Part shown: in pieces, positions 31,334-41,080 of the stretch
Numbering within the stretch: the stretch's first letter is position 1
Layout of the letters: the number at the start of each line of letters is the position of its first letter
Origin: Candidatus Hydrogenedentota bacterium
Lineage (GTDB): Bacteria; Hydrogenedentota; Hydrogenedentia; Hydrogenedentales; JAEUWI01
Length of the DNA stretch: 64,000 nt
NCBI GenBank assembly: GCA_034669905.1
Contig: JAXMOL010000002.1
Coordinates: forward strand, 32,001 to 96,000
Direction: 5' to 3'
Program-made: the position numbers and the translations under genes
The notes under the pieces: model-generated
Told to the model about the DNA's origin: nothing
Databases searched by the model: none
Seen by the model: only the letters and a program-made list of their open reading frames with translations

Positions 31334-32062
31334 CTACGAGCGGTTGCAATGTTCCCGCCAATGTTCCTGAAGACCCGCTACGGCCTCCGTATCTATATCT
31401 GTCGGTGTGGCCCCCGCCTGCCACGTGAGTGTCGTCGGCGGGGGTGTCCAGGCCTTCCCCGGCGCTATCTCTTCATAGCCCGTCCAGACGGAAGCGCAAT
31501 AGCGCGGATTGGGCGCAAAGAGTGCAAAGCCATCCGGCTGATTCGTTCCCAACAGCAAAGCACCCGCCGGCGCGGTGACGTGGGCCAGGTAGCGCGTCTC
31601 ACCGGCTCTCCCCGCCAGATCCCGCGTCCTGTTTTCGGTAATCCCGTTGGGAGAAAAGGTGTCGGGGTCCAGGGGGAGTATTTCGGCCGCGACCCGGGTA
31701 ATGGTCAGGGCCGCGTGCGAGGTATTAAATAATTGTAATTGCCGCACCATGCCGGGGCTCTGGTGGGCGATAAAGGTCTCCAGGCGTATAAAGAGCCCGG
31801 GCGACCGCATCGCCAGACTCAGTGAGGCTCCGTGCTGGTCGACCGCCTCGCTCCAGGCGAGATCCGTGCAATCTGATACGGCGATGGCGCGTTCACCGCA
31901 ATCGATATGAAACTCGGGTGATTTCCGCGTCAGGGCATCGCCATCTACGCCCGTGAGATGAAGCTCCGTCGTGGCACCGGTGTAGGTGGCCCAACGTCGT
32001 TCCATCCATCGGTTGGTAAGCCGTGCAACACCCGTGTCAATACGTGCTTCCGCCCGATTCAA
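31334..32062 (-). CDS. Hypothetical protein (beta-rich)
   Basis: Open frame co-oriented with its neighbours; TTG start 7 nt after AGGAG; no recognisable motif. Confidence 0.5.
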   Translation of the reverse strand: MNRAEARIDTGVARLTNRWMERRWATYTGATTELHLTGVDGDALTRKSPEFHIDCGERAIAVSDCTDLAWSEAVDQHGASLSLAMRSPGLFIRLETFIAHQSPGMVRQLQLFNTSHAALTITRVAAEILPLDPDTFSPNGITENRTRDLAGRAGETRYLAHVTAPAGALLLGTNQPDGFALFAPNPRYCASVWTGYEEIAPGKAWTPPPTTLTWQAGATPTDIDTEAVAGLQEHWREHCNRS

Positions 32063-32319
32063 CGTCACGCTCCTGCCTGTTTTCGGTAACTCCTCTAGCC
32101 CATAGTATAGGGGTAACGGGCCATCCGGCGCACCTTTCTCCCCAATCAGCCGCGCTACCTGTGCAACAACTTTTCCCAGGGAGCTCGGCGGCGGGTGTAG
32201 AGGCTGTCCCAACCCGGGAGGTCCGAGGCGTCTCGTGGCTTTGCGGCACATAAAGCGCGCGCCCCATCGCCCGAGCCCCCTTCCCAGATGGCAATCTCCA
32301 TTCGTTCGTCATGAACCGC

Positions 32320-32353
32320 AAAAAAGCCCTTGCAGGCGAACCTGCAAGGGCTT
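32320..32353 (-). terminator. Intrinsic terminator of the porin gene
   Basis: Perfect stem aagcccttgcagg / cctgcaagggctt with a 4-nt loop and a U-tract on the minus strand. Confidence 0.9.
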
Positions 32354-32380
32354 CATAGGGACTAAGCTAATGTCTGTAAC

Positions 32381-33871
32381 TTAGAAGCTGATTTCAGCTT
32401 CCCAGTACAGGTAGTTGTAGTCGGCATCGTTGCTGTCGTTGTTGCCGAAGATGTTGGCAAACAGACCGCGGTTGCGTTCTACGTGGAAGAACTGACCAAG
32501 ACCGTTGGCGGTAACGAAGTTGCCGCTGTCGAGGCCGTCATCGCCGAAGAAGTGGGCGTAGCCAGCGCGGAAGACCAGGTCTTCGCTGTACTGGTAGTCA
32601 GCATAGAGGCCAACTTCCCAACCTTCGGTGTCGTCGTCGTCATTTTCGAAGAAGTCGAAGATGCCGAGTCCGAAGTTGTTCAGGTTGTTTTCTTCATCAG
32701 CTTCGAAGTAGGTAAGCGCAAGGAGCAGGCTGATTTTCTCAGTCGGCATGGCGCTCACACCAGCACGGTAGATGATGCTGTTGGAAAGAGCGGTGTTCTC
32801 AAGGAACTCGCTGTATTCCCAGTTGCTGAACAGACGGTTGAAGGCCAGGTCGTTTCCGTCGCCACCGAAGATACGGTCGATGAGGTTGTTGTCATCGTCG
32901 TCGCCGCCTTCAAAGAAAGCAACGCCGAGGTAGACGCGGGGCGTCCAGGTCATGTCAAACGTGTAACCAGCTTCGAGGTTGAACGCCCATGCGTCGTAGT
33001 CGAGGTCCTGGTTGTTGTTGAAGAAACGGAAACCGGCGCGCGTGCGGTCGATTTCACCAAACTGGAAGGCTACTTCTGCTTCAAGGTCAAATGCACCATA
33101 AGTGCCAGCTCCGCGGAGGCCGATGGTGTGGAGGTCGGCGTCGTTCGACACCGGAAGGACGGGAAGAAATCCGCCCGCTACTGCGCCGGCAATACCGGAG
33201 CCATTGAGGCCGGGGTTACGGCTGTCAAGGTCTTCCTGGACGAACAACCAGTAAAGGTCGAACTGCCAGTCTTCAAGACCGATGTAGCTACCATAGAGAC
33301 CCCAGAGGTTGACGTCTTCGTCACCGAAGTCACGGAAGGTCTCACCCAACTTGAGGGAGAGGAAGTCAACCGAGAAGCTGTCGGTCGCGTAGGTGGTGCG
33401 GAAGCCGTCGAAGGAAAGGCCGGTGAAAACCGAGGACGCGTCCTGGTTACCGATCAGCCATTCGCTGCCGAGTTCGATTTCCTGACGACCAATGCGGCTA
33501 CGGATCGGAAGACCCCAAGCGTTGTTGATCTCGATGTAGGACTGGTACAGTGCTACGTCGTCGGAAGCACCAGCACCGTCGATACCGGTGATGAAGTTGG
33601 AACGGAAGCTGTCGCCCCAGTTGTTGTAGGCATCGAATTCGATGTAGACGGACACGTCGTCGGTGAAGTCAGCCTTCACGCCAAGACGGGTGCGCTGCTC
33701 AACGTTGGCAATGTCTTCGCCGGCGTTGATGGCAAGGTTGTCATCAAAGTCGAACCAGTTGCCGCGGATGCGGAGGCTACCGTCGAGTTCGACGTTCTGG
33801 AGCTCTGCCTGGGCGGCCGTAACCGTACCCAGCGCGAGCGCTGCAATCGTGAGTACTTTAAGTGAACGCAT
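32381..33871 (-). CDS. Outer-membrane beta-barrel, alginate-export (AlgE-like) family
   Basis: Signal peptide; LYQSYIE, RIGRQEIELGSEWLIG and FDG motifs; alternating beta-strands; terminal Phe. Biased codon usage suggests high expression. Confidence 0.8.
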   Translation of the reverse strand: MRSLKVLTIAALALGTVTAAQAELQNVELDGSLRIRGNWFDFDDNLAINAGEDIANVEQRTRLGVKADFTDDVSVYIEFDAYNNWGDSFRSNFITGIDGAGASDDVALYQSYIEINNAWGLPIRSRIGRQEIELGSEWLIGNQDASSVFTGLSFDGFRTTYATDSFSVDFLSLKLGETFRDFGDEDVNLWGLYGSYIGLEDWQFDLYWLFVQEDLDSRNPGLNGSGIAGAVAGGFLPVLPVSNDADLHTIGLRGAGTYGAFDLEAEVAFQFGEIDRTRAGFRFFNNNQDLDYDAWAFNLEAGYTFDMTWTPRVYLGVAFFEGGDDDDNNLIDRIFGGDGNDLAFNRLFSNWEYSEFLENTALSNSIIYRAGVSAMPTEKISLLLALTYFEADEENNLNNFGLGIFDFFENDDDDTEGWEVGLYADYQYSEDLVFRAGYAHFFGDDGLDSGNFVTANGLGQFFHVERNRGLFANIFGNNDSNDADYNYLYWEAEISF

Positions 33872-34446
33872 TGTGCGTTATCTCCGTAGTTTGGTCGATT
33901 CAACATCGACCCTGTTAAAGGTGTTTCGCTCAGACCACATCGTGTCTGGCGCGGCGTCTCGACCCCGAAACAAACTCAGGGGAAACTGCCAGAATATTTA
34001 TGCGTGTTCAAATCGGATTTGTGCGCGATCCCTGAAGGTAGGCTATTCACTAGCGCTCTACCATCCCTCCTTTCGCCTTCGAATTTGGAATCGGTCCCGA
34101 TGGTGTTTTCGGCAGGGGCCTTGTTGATGTAGCAATCGATAAGCACATATCGACACTACCTACTTCCTCAACAATACTCCCATGCAATTCACGGCACAGT
34201 ATAGCAGTCCGGATCCCCCCCGTCAAGTAAATTCTTTCTTTTTTGTAAATAATTTCTTCTGCCCTATCTAGTGCCCCACCTTGACCCACCCACCCTATAG
34301 AGGGGCGGCATGAAGGATTGGACGCCAGGAAATCAATATACGCAGTATTATTAGAGGGTATTTTTCGCCAGGGCGACCCCCTGCCCCATCCCAGAAAACA
34401 GCAACCGAATAGCTCGAAACCGTGTCCGGGACAACCCTTTGCCGCA

Positions 34447-36468
34447 CTAAAACAGCATCATCTGGTCGGGCTGGTCGTCACTTTCTGCCGCTACACTGCG
34501 TCGCGGGCGGGGAAGGGGCTTCTTCTCCGCACCCTTATTCCGTGCCGGACGGGGCGCCGGAGCGCTTTCTTCCGTCTTCTCCGGGGCAGGATCGGCCGAT
34601 GCCTCCGCTTCGGACACCTCGGAGGCCGCTGCTTCGGTGGGCTGCACAGGTTCGGACTCGGGTTCGGGCTCCGGCATCACATCCGGCACCCCCTTATTCA
34701 CCGTTGCCTGCAACTCCGCCGCAGGACGGGAGGTCCGCACCCGCACGGCACCCGCGCCACTCGCTTCCGTATCATAGAGCAGCCCCGAGTCATAGCGGGA
34801 CGGCAGCATGGCCGCAATTTCTTTCTTGGTCTGATCGATCCCTGCCAACGGGGCGCCCGTAAAGAAATCATCGTCTTCTTCGACTTCCGCGACGGGCCGG
34901 TAGGTCGGCCTGTCTTCGACGGGAGCGGCTTCCGAGGTCAAGTCCCAGCGGTTGCGCATGGGAGATTCCATGGCCGCCGCCCGCGGGGATTCGGAGCGAA
35001 TCGCTTCCGGCGAACTTTTCCACGGCGAATCCCCCACATCAATGGGCGCCGGAGCCTCTATCTGTGCCACTCCGCGAATCCCCTGAAGATGCAGGTCAAA
35101 AATCTTGTGAAAGGCATTGTCACAACGAAGGCTGTATACGGCATAGAGGTTTTCCATATCCTCCGTATCAAATTCCCCCTCCAGCCACTTGCGCTCCGCG
35201 CCCCGTTGGGTGGCCATCACCTTGTGAATCAGGCACGTGAGCTTGGAAGGACTGTTGGCACTCTCAATCGCATCCCCATAATCCATCATGGCTTCGAAAT
35301 AGGGACGAATGGCTTCCCGGCGGTGGGTTTGAATGGCGATCCGACGGCGGCTACCCACAAAGTGGACGACACTTGCCAAACAGACGACCCCGGCCAGAAA
35401 GAAGGAGAGAATCTCAAAGCGATCAGAGGAAATCGGATCGTGCCGCGTATAGTAGGCCTCGGCCGCCGCATGGAGGGGCAGGTGCAAGGACGCCTGGGCC
35501 ACCTCTTCGTTCAAGTCGGTCAGACGGGCCATCTTGAGGAATGGCCCACTGAAAATTTCTTCGAGCACCGCGTATACCTGGCGGTCCGGCAAATCACTCT
35601 GGCACACCAGCAGCGTATTGACCGCGACGGTCTTGAAGTCGCCATCCTCTGGTCGGGGGATACTGCGGTCGGGGCCATAGAGAAAAGGCGGCAGGGTTTC
35701 CACAAAGGCGCCAGGCAAATAACGGGCCACGGCGTCGGCTTCCGGAATGGGGATCAGGCGATACCATCCCGACGCCAGCAAGTCTTCCATGGCTGGCGCA
35801 AAGAGGCCATAGACGGTAAAGGCCGCATCAATATCGCCGTCGAGAAACGCTTCTGCGAGATTCGGATTGTGATCCTGAATTAATTCGGTGCTTTCACCAA
35901 AAGAGAAAAAGCGAATCATCTTCCGCGCCAGGGCATCCGCACCGCCCCCCGCAGGCCCGACCCCCAAACGCTTTCCAGCCAGGTCTCGAAAACGCTGAAT
36001 GCCCGAATCGGCGGGCACCACGATGTGCACATATTCCCGCCCGAGGTTGGCGAGGGAAACCAGTTTATCCCCCTCTCCCACGAGCCCACCGGTCCAATCG
36101 CTGGAACTCACATTGCGCTCGGCCGCCAGACCCCCTTGAATCAGGGCCAGATCAGCGCTACCCTCAGTGAGGAGGGTGAGGTTTTCCATGGAGCCACGGG
36201 TCGCCTGCACAGCGAGCTGATAGGACTGGGAGGCATCCAGGTGCATCCGCAGTTGATGGCCCAGTTCGAAGTAAGCACCTTCTTCCGCCGCGGTCGCCAA
36301 CACCAGCGGTTGCTCTCCGCTGGCAAAATAGCGGTTGGCGAGATGTGCGGTCACACGGCTGGCCTGGTAGGGCGCCAGCACAAAGAAGACGCCACCCGCC
36401 GCAAGCACCAGCAGTAGGCACGCCGAGGCAATCTTAATCAGGGTTTTCCGTTCAGGAATACGCGACAT
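34447..36468 (-). CDS. TAXI-family solute-binding domain protein with TM anchors and a long C-terminal tail
   Basis: TRGSMENL, ADLALIQ, EYVHIVV, DLAGKRLGVG and LPLHAAAEAYY motifs; second TM helix; disordered acidic/Pro-rich tail. Confidence 0.8.
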   Translation of the reverse strand: MSRIPERKTLIKIASACLLLVLAAGGVFFVLAPYQASRVTAHLANRYFASGEQPLVLATAAEEGAYFELGHQLRMHLDASQSYQLAVQATRGSMENLTLLTEGSADLALIQGGLAAERNVSSSDWTGGLVGEGDKLVSLANLGREYVHIVVPADSGIQRFRDLAGKRLGVGPAGGGADALARKMIRFFSFGESTELIQDHNPNLAEAFLDGDIDAAFTVYGLFAPAMEDLLASGWYRLIPIPEADAVARYLPGAFVETLPPFLYGPDRSIPRPEDGDFKTVAVNTLLVCQSDLPDRQVYAVLEEIFSGPFLKMARLTDLNEEVAQASLHLPLHAAAEAYYTRHDPISSDRFEILSFFLAGVVCLASVVHFVGSRRRIAIQTHRREAIRPYFEAMMDYGDAIESANSPSKLTCLIHKVMATQRGAERKWLEGEFDTEDMENLYAVYSLRCDNAFHKIFDLHLQGIRGVAQIEAPAPIDVGDSPWKSSPEAIRSESPRAAAMESPMRNRWDLTSEAAPVEDRPTYRPVAEVEEDDDFFTGAPLAGIDQTKKEIAAMLPSRYDSGLLYDTEASGAGAVRVRTSRPAAELQATVNKGVPDVMPEPEPESEPVQPTEAAASEVSEAEASADPAPEKTEESAPAPRPARNKGAEKKPLPRPRRSVAAESDDQPDQMMLF

Positions 36469-36661
36469 ACAGCCCGTCAGTTTCTTCCCGCAGCACACAT
36501 GGAACGCTAACACCGTCCCGTCATGCGCCGTTTCAATTCCGTGTTCAGGACACGTCCATTTCAAGGCACCGACCGATAGATACACCGGTCACCACCTTCC
36601 CAAGTACCCCCTTTCTAACAGGCCCGGTCCCTGCGATGCAAACGCAGACACCCCATGCCCC

Positions 36662-37726
36662 CTATTCTTCCGCGAGCACGGCCTGGTGTTTTCGGTAGAG
36701 GCCGCGAAATTGATGGTAGGTCAAACCCAGCATTTCTGCGGCCTTCCGCTGATTAAAGCGCGCCGCCGTGAGGCCCGCCCGCAGCAACTGCTGTTCGAAA
36801 AGCTCCACCGATTCGCAAAAGGGCCGCTCAAAGGCCGAACCCGGCAAACCCTGTGCCTCCCGGGGCGGCGACACCACCCCGACGTCATCACCTGTCGGGC
36901 CTTCCGGGGCCTGCCCGGCTTCCGGCAAGGGGGCATAGGGCGAAACAAAGGGATCAAAGACCACCTCGTGGATGCGGGCATCCGTTGCCTGGTACACAGC
37001 CCGCTCGATCACGTTTTTCAATTCCCGCACGTTGCCGCGCCAGGGATGACGGGTCAGGGCCTCACACATCGCCGCGCTGAATTCCGGTAACTCGCGACGT
37101 CCCAGCTCGGAAGCCATTCGGGACGCAAAGTGATTGGCCAGTAAAAGAATGTCTTCCTGTCGCTCTCGCAAGGGGGGTAAGTAAAGCACCTCAAAGGAAA
37201 GACGATCCAACAGATCCCGCATGAAGCGCCCCGCCGCCGCCTCCGCCCGCAAATCCGCGTTGGTCGCGCCCACAATCCGCACATCCACCGAGATCTGTTC
37301 GGTCCCCCCTACGCGCTCAAAGCGGCCGTATTCCACCACCCGCAAGATCTTCTCCTGCACCGGCAACGGGATATTGCCCAGCTCATCCAGGAACAGGGTG
37401 CCCCCATGGGCCATTTCAAAGCGGCCCCGCCGCTGGCGATTGGCCCCCGTGAAAGCCCCGGCCTCGTGGCCAAACAACTCAGACTCAATAAGGGTCTCCG
37501 AGAGCGCCGCACAATTTAACTCCACCAGGGGCTCCTGCCAGCGCCGGGAAAGAAAGTGTACCCGGCGGGCCGCCAACTCCTTGCCCGTACCCCGCTCCCC
37601 GACGATAAGTACGGGACGCTCCACCCCCGCCACGCGGCTGAGACGATCCTGGAAGTCCAGAAAGACCTCTGACTCCCCCAGGGCCTCGGGCATGGACTCG
37701 GAATAATTGTCCGGCGTGTCATACAT
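36662..37726 (-). CDS. pspF: Phage shock operon sigma54 activator
   Basis: AAA+ domain with no N-terminal regulatory domain; GERGTGKE, LSRRWQ (W56 loop), GAFTGA, LFLDE and DLLDRL motifs; C-terminal HTH LGLTYHQFRGL. Confidence 0.93.
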   Translation of the reverse strand: MYDTPDNYSESMPEALGESEVFLDFQDRLSRVAGVERPVLIVGERGTGKELAARRVHFLSRRWQEPLVELNCAALSETLIESELFGHEAGAFTGANRQRRGRFEMAHGGTLFLDELGNIPLPVQEKILRVVEYGRFERVGGTEQISVDVRIVGATNADLRAEAAAGRFMRDLLDRLSFEVLYLPPLRERQEDILLLANHFASRMASELGRRELPEFSAAMCEALTRHPWRGNVRELKNVIERAVYQATDARIHEVVFDPFVSPYAPLPEAGQAPEGPTGDDVGVVSPPREAQGLPGSAFERPFCESVELFEQQLLRAGLTAARFNQRKAAEMLGLTYHQFRGLYRKHQAVLAEE

Positions 37727-37810
37727 CGTATCGAAGTCCTCCCGGCAGGCTGGATCCTGATTGGCTCTCCGTGCGGCCCCAACGGCACGCCCGCGTATAT
37801 CCTACCACAA

Positions 37811-37849
37811 GATGGTAAATTTCCGTAAGAGATGGTAAATTTCACCATC
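37811..37849. promoter_or_regulatory. Probable PspF upstream activating sequences (two tandem sites)
   Basis: gatggtaaattt occurs twice, 20 bp apart. The second copy is the near-palindrome gatggtaaatttcaccatc. Located ~100-140 bp upstream of the predicted start site. Confidence 0.7.
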
Positions 37850-37922
37850 CCGCTCAACGGGCCGACCATCAACATTTCGCGTAACCCATTTGTAAATAAC
37901 CCCTTACGGATACGCCCGGTCT

Positions 37923-37938
37923 TGGCACAACCATTGCA
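37923..37938 (+). promoter_or_regulatory. Sigma54 -24/-12 promoter
   Basis: TGGCAC-AACCA-TTGCA matches TGGCAC-N5-TTGCW exactly. An IHF-like site (aaataaccccTTA) lies between it and the UAS. Confidence 0.9.
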
Positions 37939-37985
37939 TTACTCCGTTCATGAACACTGAGGCAATCAACACAGGGGTACAGACC

Positions 37986-38420
37986 ATGAACACCAACACC
38001 ACGGAGCACCGGGAATTACGCCGTCGATTAAACGGCGCCCTGGGCTATCGCACGGGCTGCGGCAACAGGGGAAAAGCCACCTGGCTCAACATCAGTCGTA
38101 CGGGCGCTTCCGTCCGTCTGGGGCGCTACTTACGACCGGGCCGCCGCATCTATCTCGAGGCCCAAGACCGCGGCCCCGTGATTCCGGCAGCCATCGTCTG
38201 GTGCGTGCCGGTGGCGGGCACCCTCCAGTTTCGGGCCGGCCTCCAGCTCGTTCGGACCGACCCGGAAATCGCCCTTTTGATCACCAACCTGGGGCAACGG
38301 GCCCTGGGAGAGAATAAAAACCCTTCGAACACAGTAGTAGATGCAGTGTGGCCGTCCTTCCATGAGGTGACGCGCCCCCTGCCCAACGCCGACGTGACTT
38401 CGCTCACGCACGCGGTATAA
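37986..38420 (+). CDS. PilZ domain protein
   Basis: RxxxR (RELRR) and NxSxxG (NISRTG) signatures; AAIVWC and FRAGLQ strands. Start 37986 follows AGGGG (alternative 37950). Confidence 0.7.
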   Translation: MNTNTTEHRELRRRLNGALGYRTGCGNRGKATWLNISRTGASVRLGRYLRPGRRIYLEAQDRGPVIPAAIVWCVPVAGTLQFRAGLQLVRTDPEIALLITNLGQRALGENKNPSNTVVDAVWPSFHEVTRPLPNADVTSLTHAV

Positions 38421-38431
38421 AGGAGCCTGTC

Positions 38432-39097
38432 ATGGGTATTTTTACACGGGTACGCGACATCATCAGTTCCAACATCAACGCCATGCTGGAAAAGGCCGAG
38501 GATCCGGAAAAGCTGGTCAAGATGATGATCCGCGAAATGGAAGACACGCTCGTCGAAATCAAGGCCAACTGCGCCAGCGGCATGGCCACAAAGAAAAAGA
38601 TTAAGCGCGAGATGGAAACGGTCCTCGATCTGGCCAAGTCCTGGGACAGCAAAGCCCAGCTCGCCATCAACAAGGGCCGGGAAGATTTGGCCCGCGAAGC
38701 CCTCATGGAAAAGCGCCGCCACGTAGAGCGCGCCGAAGCCCTGGAGGAAGAGCTGGACCAGGCCAAAACCCTGGTGACCCAGTGCCAGAGCGACATCATG
38801 CAGCTGGAAGACAAGCTGAGTGCCGCGCGCGAAAAGCAGCGGGTCCTCGTGCAGCGTCACACCAACGCCACCACGAAGAAAAAAGCCCAGCAGCAGATTC
38901 GCCGTTACGACACGTCGGATGCCCTCGAACGCTTCGACAACTTCCAGCAGCGCATTGACCGCATGGAAGCCGATGCCGAGTTGGTGAACTATGGCCGAAA
39001 GACCTCGCTCGCCGACCAGTTCAAGGAATTGGAAGTCGACGAGGACATCGAAAAAGAACTCGCCGCCATGAAGGCCAAGAACACGGCCAACCACTAA
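38432..39097 (+). CDS. pspA: Phage shock protein A
   Basis: MGIFTRVRDIISSNINAMLEKAEDPEK...EMEDTLVE and GREDLAREAL; SD AAGGAG. Confidence 0.95.
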   Translation: MGIFTRVRDIISSNINAMLEKAEDPEKLVKMMIREMEDTLVEIKANCASGMATKKKIKREMETVLDLAKSWDSKAQLAINKGREDLAREALMEKRRHVERAEALEEELDQAKTLVTQCQSDIMQLEDKLSAAREKQRVLVQRHTNATTKKKAQQQIRRYDTSDALERFDNFQQRIDRMEADAELVNYGRKTSLADQFKELEVDEDIEKELAAMKAKNTANH

Positions 39098-39166
39098 CCG
39101 CGAATGGGATTACCCCGGGTCCACCCGGACCCGGGGTATGGAATGAAACCAAGGGAGGATGTCCAG

Positions 39167-39565
39167 ATGAGGAAGGCAATCGGAATCACACTGGCCCTGT
39201 TGCTTGTCCTGGGATGCCTGGGATTCTTGCGGGGTATCGTGTATGCCGCAGAAGTGCCGTTCCTGATGGGCAACGCCATGTGGTACAACGCCCAGGCATT
39301 TATCATGACGCCCTTCGGCCCCCTTTCATCCGTCCCCTCTTGGTTCGCCTTGCTCTGTTCGATCGCCGTGGTGGCATTGCTGCTGAAGTGGGCCTTTGGA
39401 CGGGACCACATACCGACACCCCGTACCAGCACGGGCGAACGCCCCGGGAGCGACGACGTGGAACTGGAAGTGCTCGCACGGGATTTGGACCGCGTAGCGC
39501 GGCGTATGGAAGCGCGCATTGATGCCCTGGAAACCATCCTGCTGGACCGCGACCGCACCCCTTAA
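39167..39565 (+). CDS. PspB-like membrane protein with extended N-terminus
   Basis: Two hydrophobic segments, then RMEARIDALETILLD; SD GGAGG. Confidence 0.65.
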   Translation: MRKAIGITLALLLVLGCLGFLRGIVYAAEVPFLMGNAMWYNAQAFIMTPFGPLSSVPSWFALLCSIAVVALLLKWAFGRDHIPTPRTSTGERPGSDDVELEVLARDLDRVARRMEARIDALETILLDRDRTP

Positions 39566-39585
39566 GCACACAGGAGACATTCGTT

Positions 39586-39846
39586 ATGATAAACGGTTAC
39601 GTATTTACACTCATCCTTATCTTCGGCTCCCTCTATTGGCTTTATGTCATGGGGCGCAATGGGGTCTGCCGTAAGGACCAGCGCTACAACGCGGAGGACA
39701 CGGAAATCATCCAGGAGCTCCATCGTGGCATGGAGCGCATGGGCCAGCGCATCGAATCCCTGGAAACTATCTTACTCGACCAGGGCGAACATTACCGGAA
39801 GTCACCGCCGCCCATGCCGGACCACGTAGCCTCGGAACGTTATTAA
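39586..39846 (+). CDS. pspB: PspB-like protein
   Basis: N-terminal TM helix, then RMGQRIESLETILLD; SD AGGAG. Confidence 0.75.
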   Translation: MINGYVFTLILIFGSLYWLYVMGRNGVCRKDQRYNAEDTEIIQELHRGMERMGQRIESLETILLDQGEHYRKSPPPMPDHVASERY

Positions 39847-39869
39847 AGAATCACGGGAGACCCACTACC

Positions 39870-40253
39870 ATGAACACCTCATATGCTCGACCGCAGAGCG
39901 GTCCCTACCGCAGCCGCAAGGGTATGTTTTTCGGCGTGTGCCGGGGACTGGCCGACTACTTCGATTTTTCCGTATGCTGGATCCGCGTCCTTGCGATCCT
40001 CACGTTTATCTTCACCGGCTTCACCGTGGGTGTCGTCTACATCGTGGCGGCCCTGGTGATGAAACTGGAGCCCGTGTTGCCCCTCGAGAATGATGGCGAT
40101 CACGAGTTCTATAATAGCTATACGACCTCACGGCCCATGGCCCTCCGTCGACTCCAGTCCACCTTCCAAAGCCTCGACAAACGCATCCAGCGCATGGAGA
40201 GCATCGTCACGGCACGGGATTATGACTGGGACCAACGGCTCCGCAACAGCTAA
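39870..40253 (+). CDS. pspC: Phage shock protein C
   Basis: YRSRKGMFFGVCRGLADYF, a TM helix, and LDKRIQRMESIVT. Confidence 0.9.
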   Translation: MNTSYARPQSGPYRSRKGMFFGVCRGLADYFDFSVCWIRVLAILTFIFTGFTVGVVYIVAALVMKLEPVLPLENDGDHEFYNSYTTSRPMALRRLQSTFQSLDKRIQRMESIVTARDYDWDQRLRNS

Positions 40254-40318
40254 CACGAAACACTAACGGCCCAGGCGAAGTGGCCGCTCAGACCCGCACG
40301 GGAAGGAAATAGAACACC

Positions 40319-40546
40319 ATGGATGAAACCGCCGTCGCCATTGTCGCCATCGTATTTGGCTCCGTATTGGCCGCCCTCTTTCTCCTTACGAATATGATCT
40401 CAAAAATGTTAGGCGCCCGCGGAGGCAGCCGACTGAGTGATGAAGAATCTCAACTCATGCAGGAAATATTCTACGGCATGAAAAAAATGGAGGAACGGGT
40501 CGAGTCGCTGGAAACTATCTTGTTGGATAAGGGGCGTGGCGAATGA
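40319..40546 (+). CDS. pspB: PspB-like protein
   Basis: N-terminal TM helix, LSDEE, and MEERVESLETILLD. Confidence 0.75.
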   Translation: MDETAVAIVAIVFGSVLAALFLLTNMISKMLGARGGSRLSDEESQLMQEIFYGMKKMEERVESLETILLDKGRGE

Positions 40547-40676
40547 GTGGAGTTTGTGTGGGACAGGTGGGACGGGTGCGACTTGTGGGACAACATTCCT
40601 ACGCGGACTCGAATGACACCCACTTCACCCTTCAAACTTCAAATTTCCCCCTTCTCACATTAGAAAGGTTGATTTC

Positions 40677-41069
40677 ATGAACCATCCCAACACCCAACAC
40701 CGCCCCGGCGGCCCCTACCGCTCCCGCAACACGACCCTCTTCGGCGTATGCCAGGGCCTGGCCGATCACCTGGAAATCCCCGTACTCGCCGTGCGCGCCA
40801 TCGTCGTCATTGCCACGCTGGTCCTTTGGTTCTGGCCGGGCATCATCGCTTACATCATCGCGGCCCTCGTCATGAAACCCGAGCCGCTGGTGGAATTCGA
40901 CTCGGAGAGCGATGCCGAGTTCTACAACTCCTACACCGGCTCCAGCACCATGGCCCTCCAGCGGCTGAAGGACACCTTCGACAACCTGGACCGCCGCATT
41001 CAGCGCATGGAAAGTATTGTCACGTCGACCAAATACGATTGGGACGAACGACTGAAAGACAACCCGTGA
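40677..41069 (+). CDS. pspC: Phage shock protein C, second paralog
   Basis: YRSRNTTLFGVCQGLADHL, a TM helix, and LDRRIQRMESIVT. Confidence 0.9.
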   Translation: MNHPNTQHRPGGPYRSRNTTLFGVCQGLADHLEIPVLAVRAIVVIATLVLWFWPGIIAYIIAALVMKPEPLVEFDSESDAEFYNSYTGSSTMALQRLKDTFDNLDRRIQRMESIVTSTKYDWDERLKDNP

Positions 41070-41080
41070 AGGAACCTATC

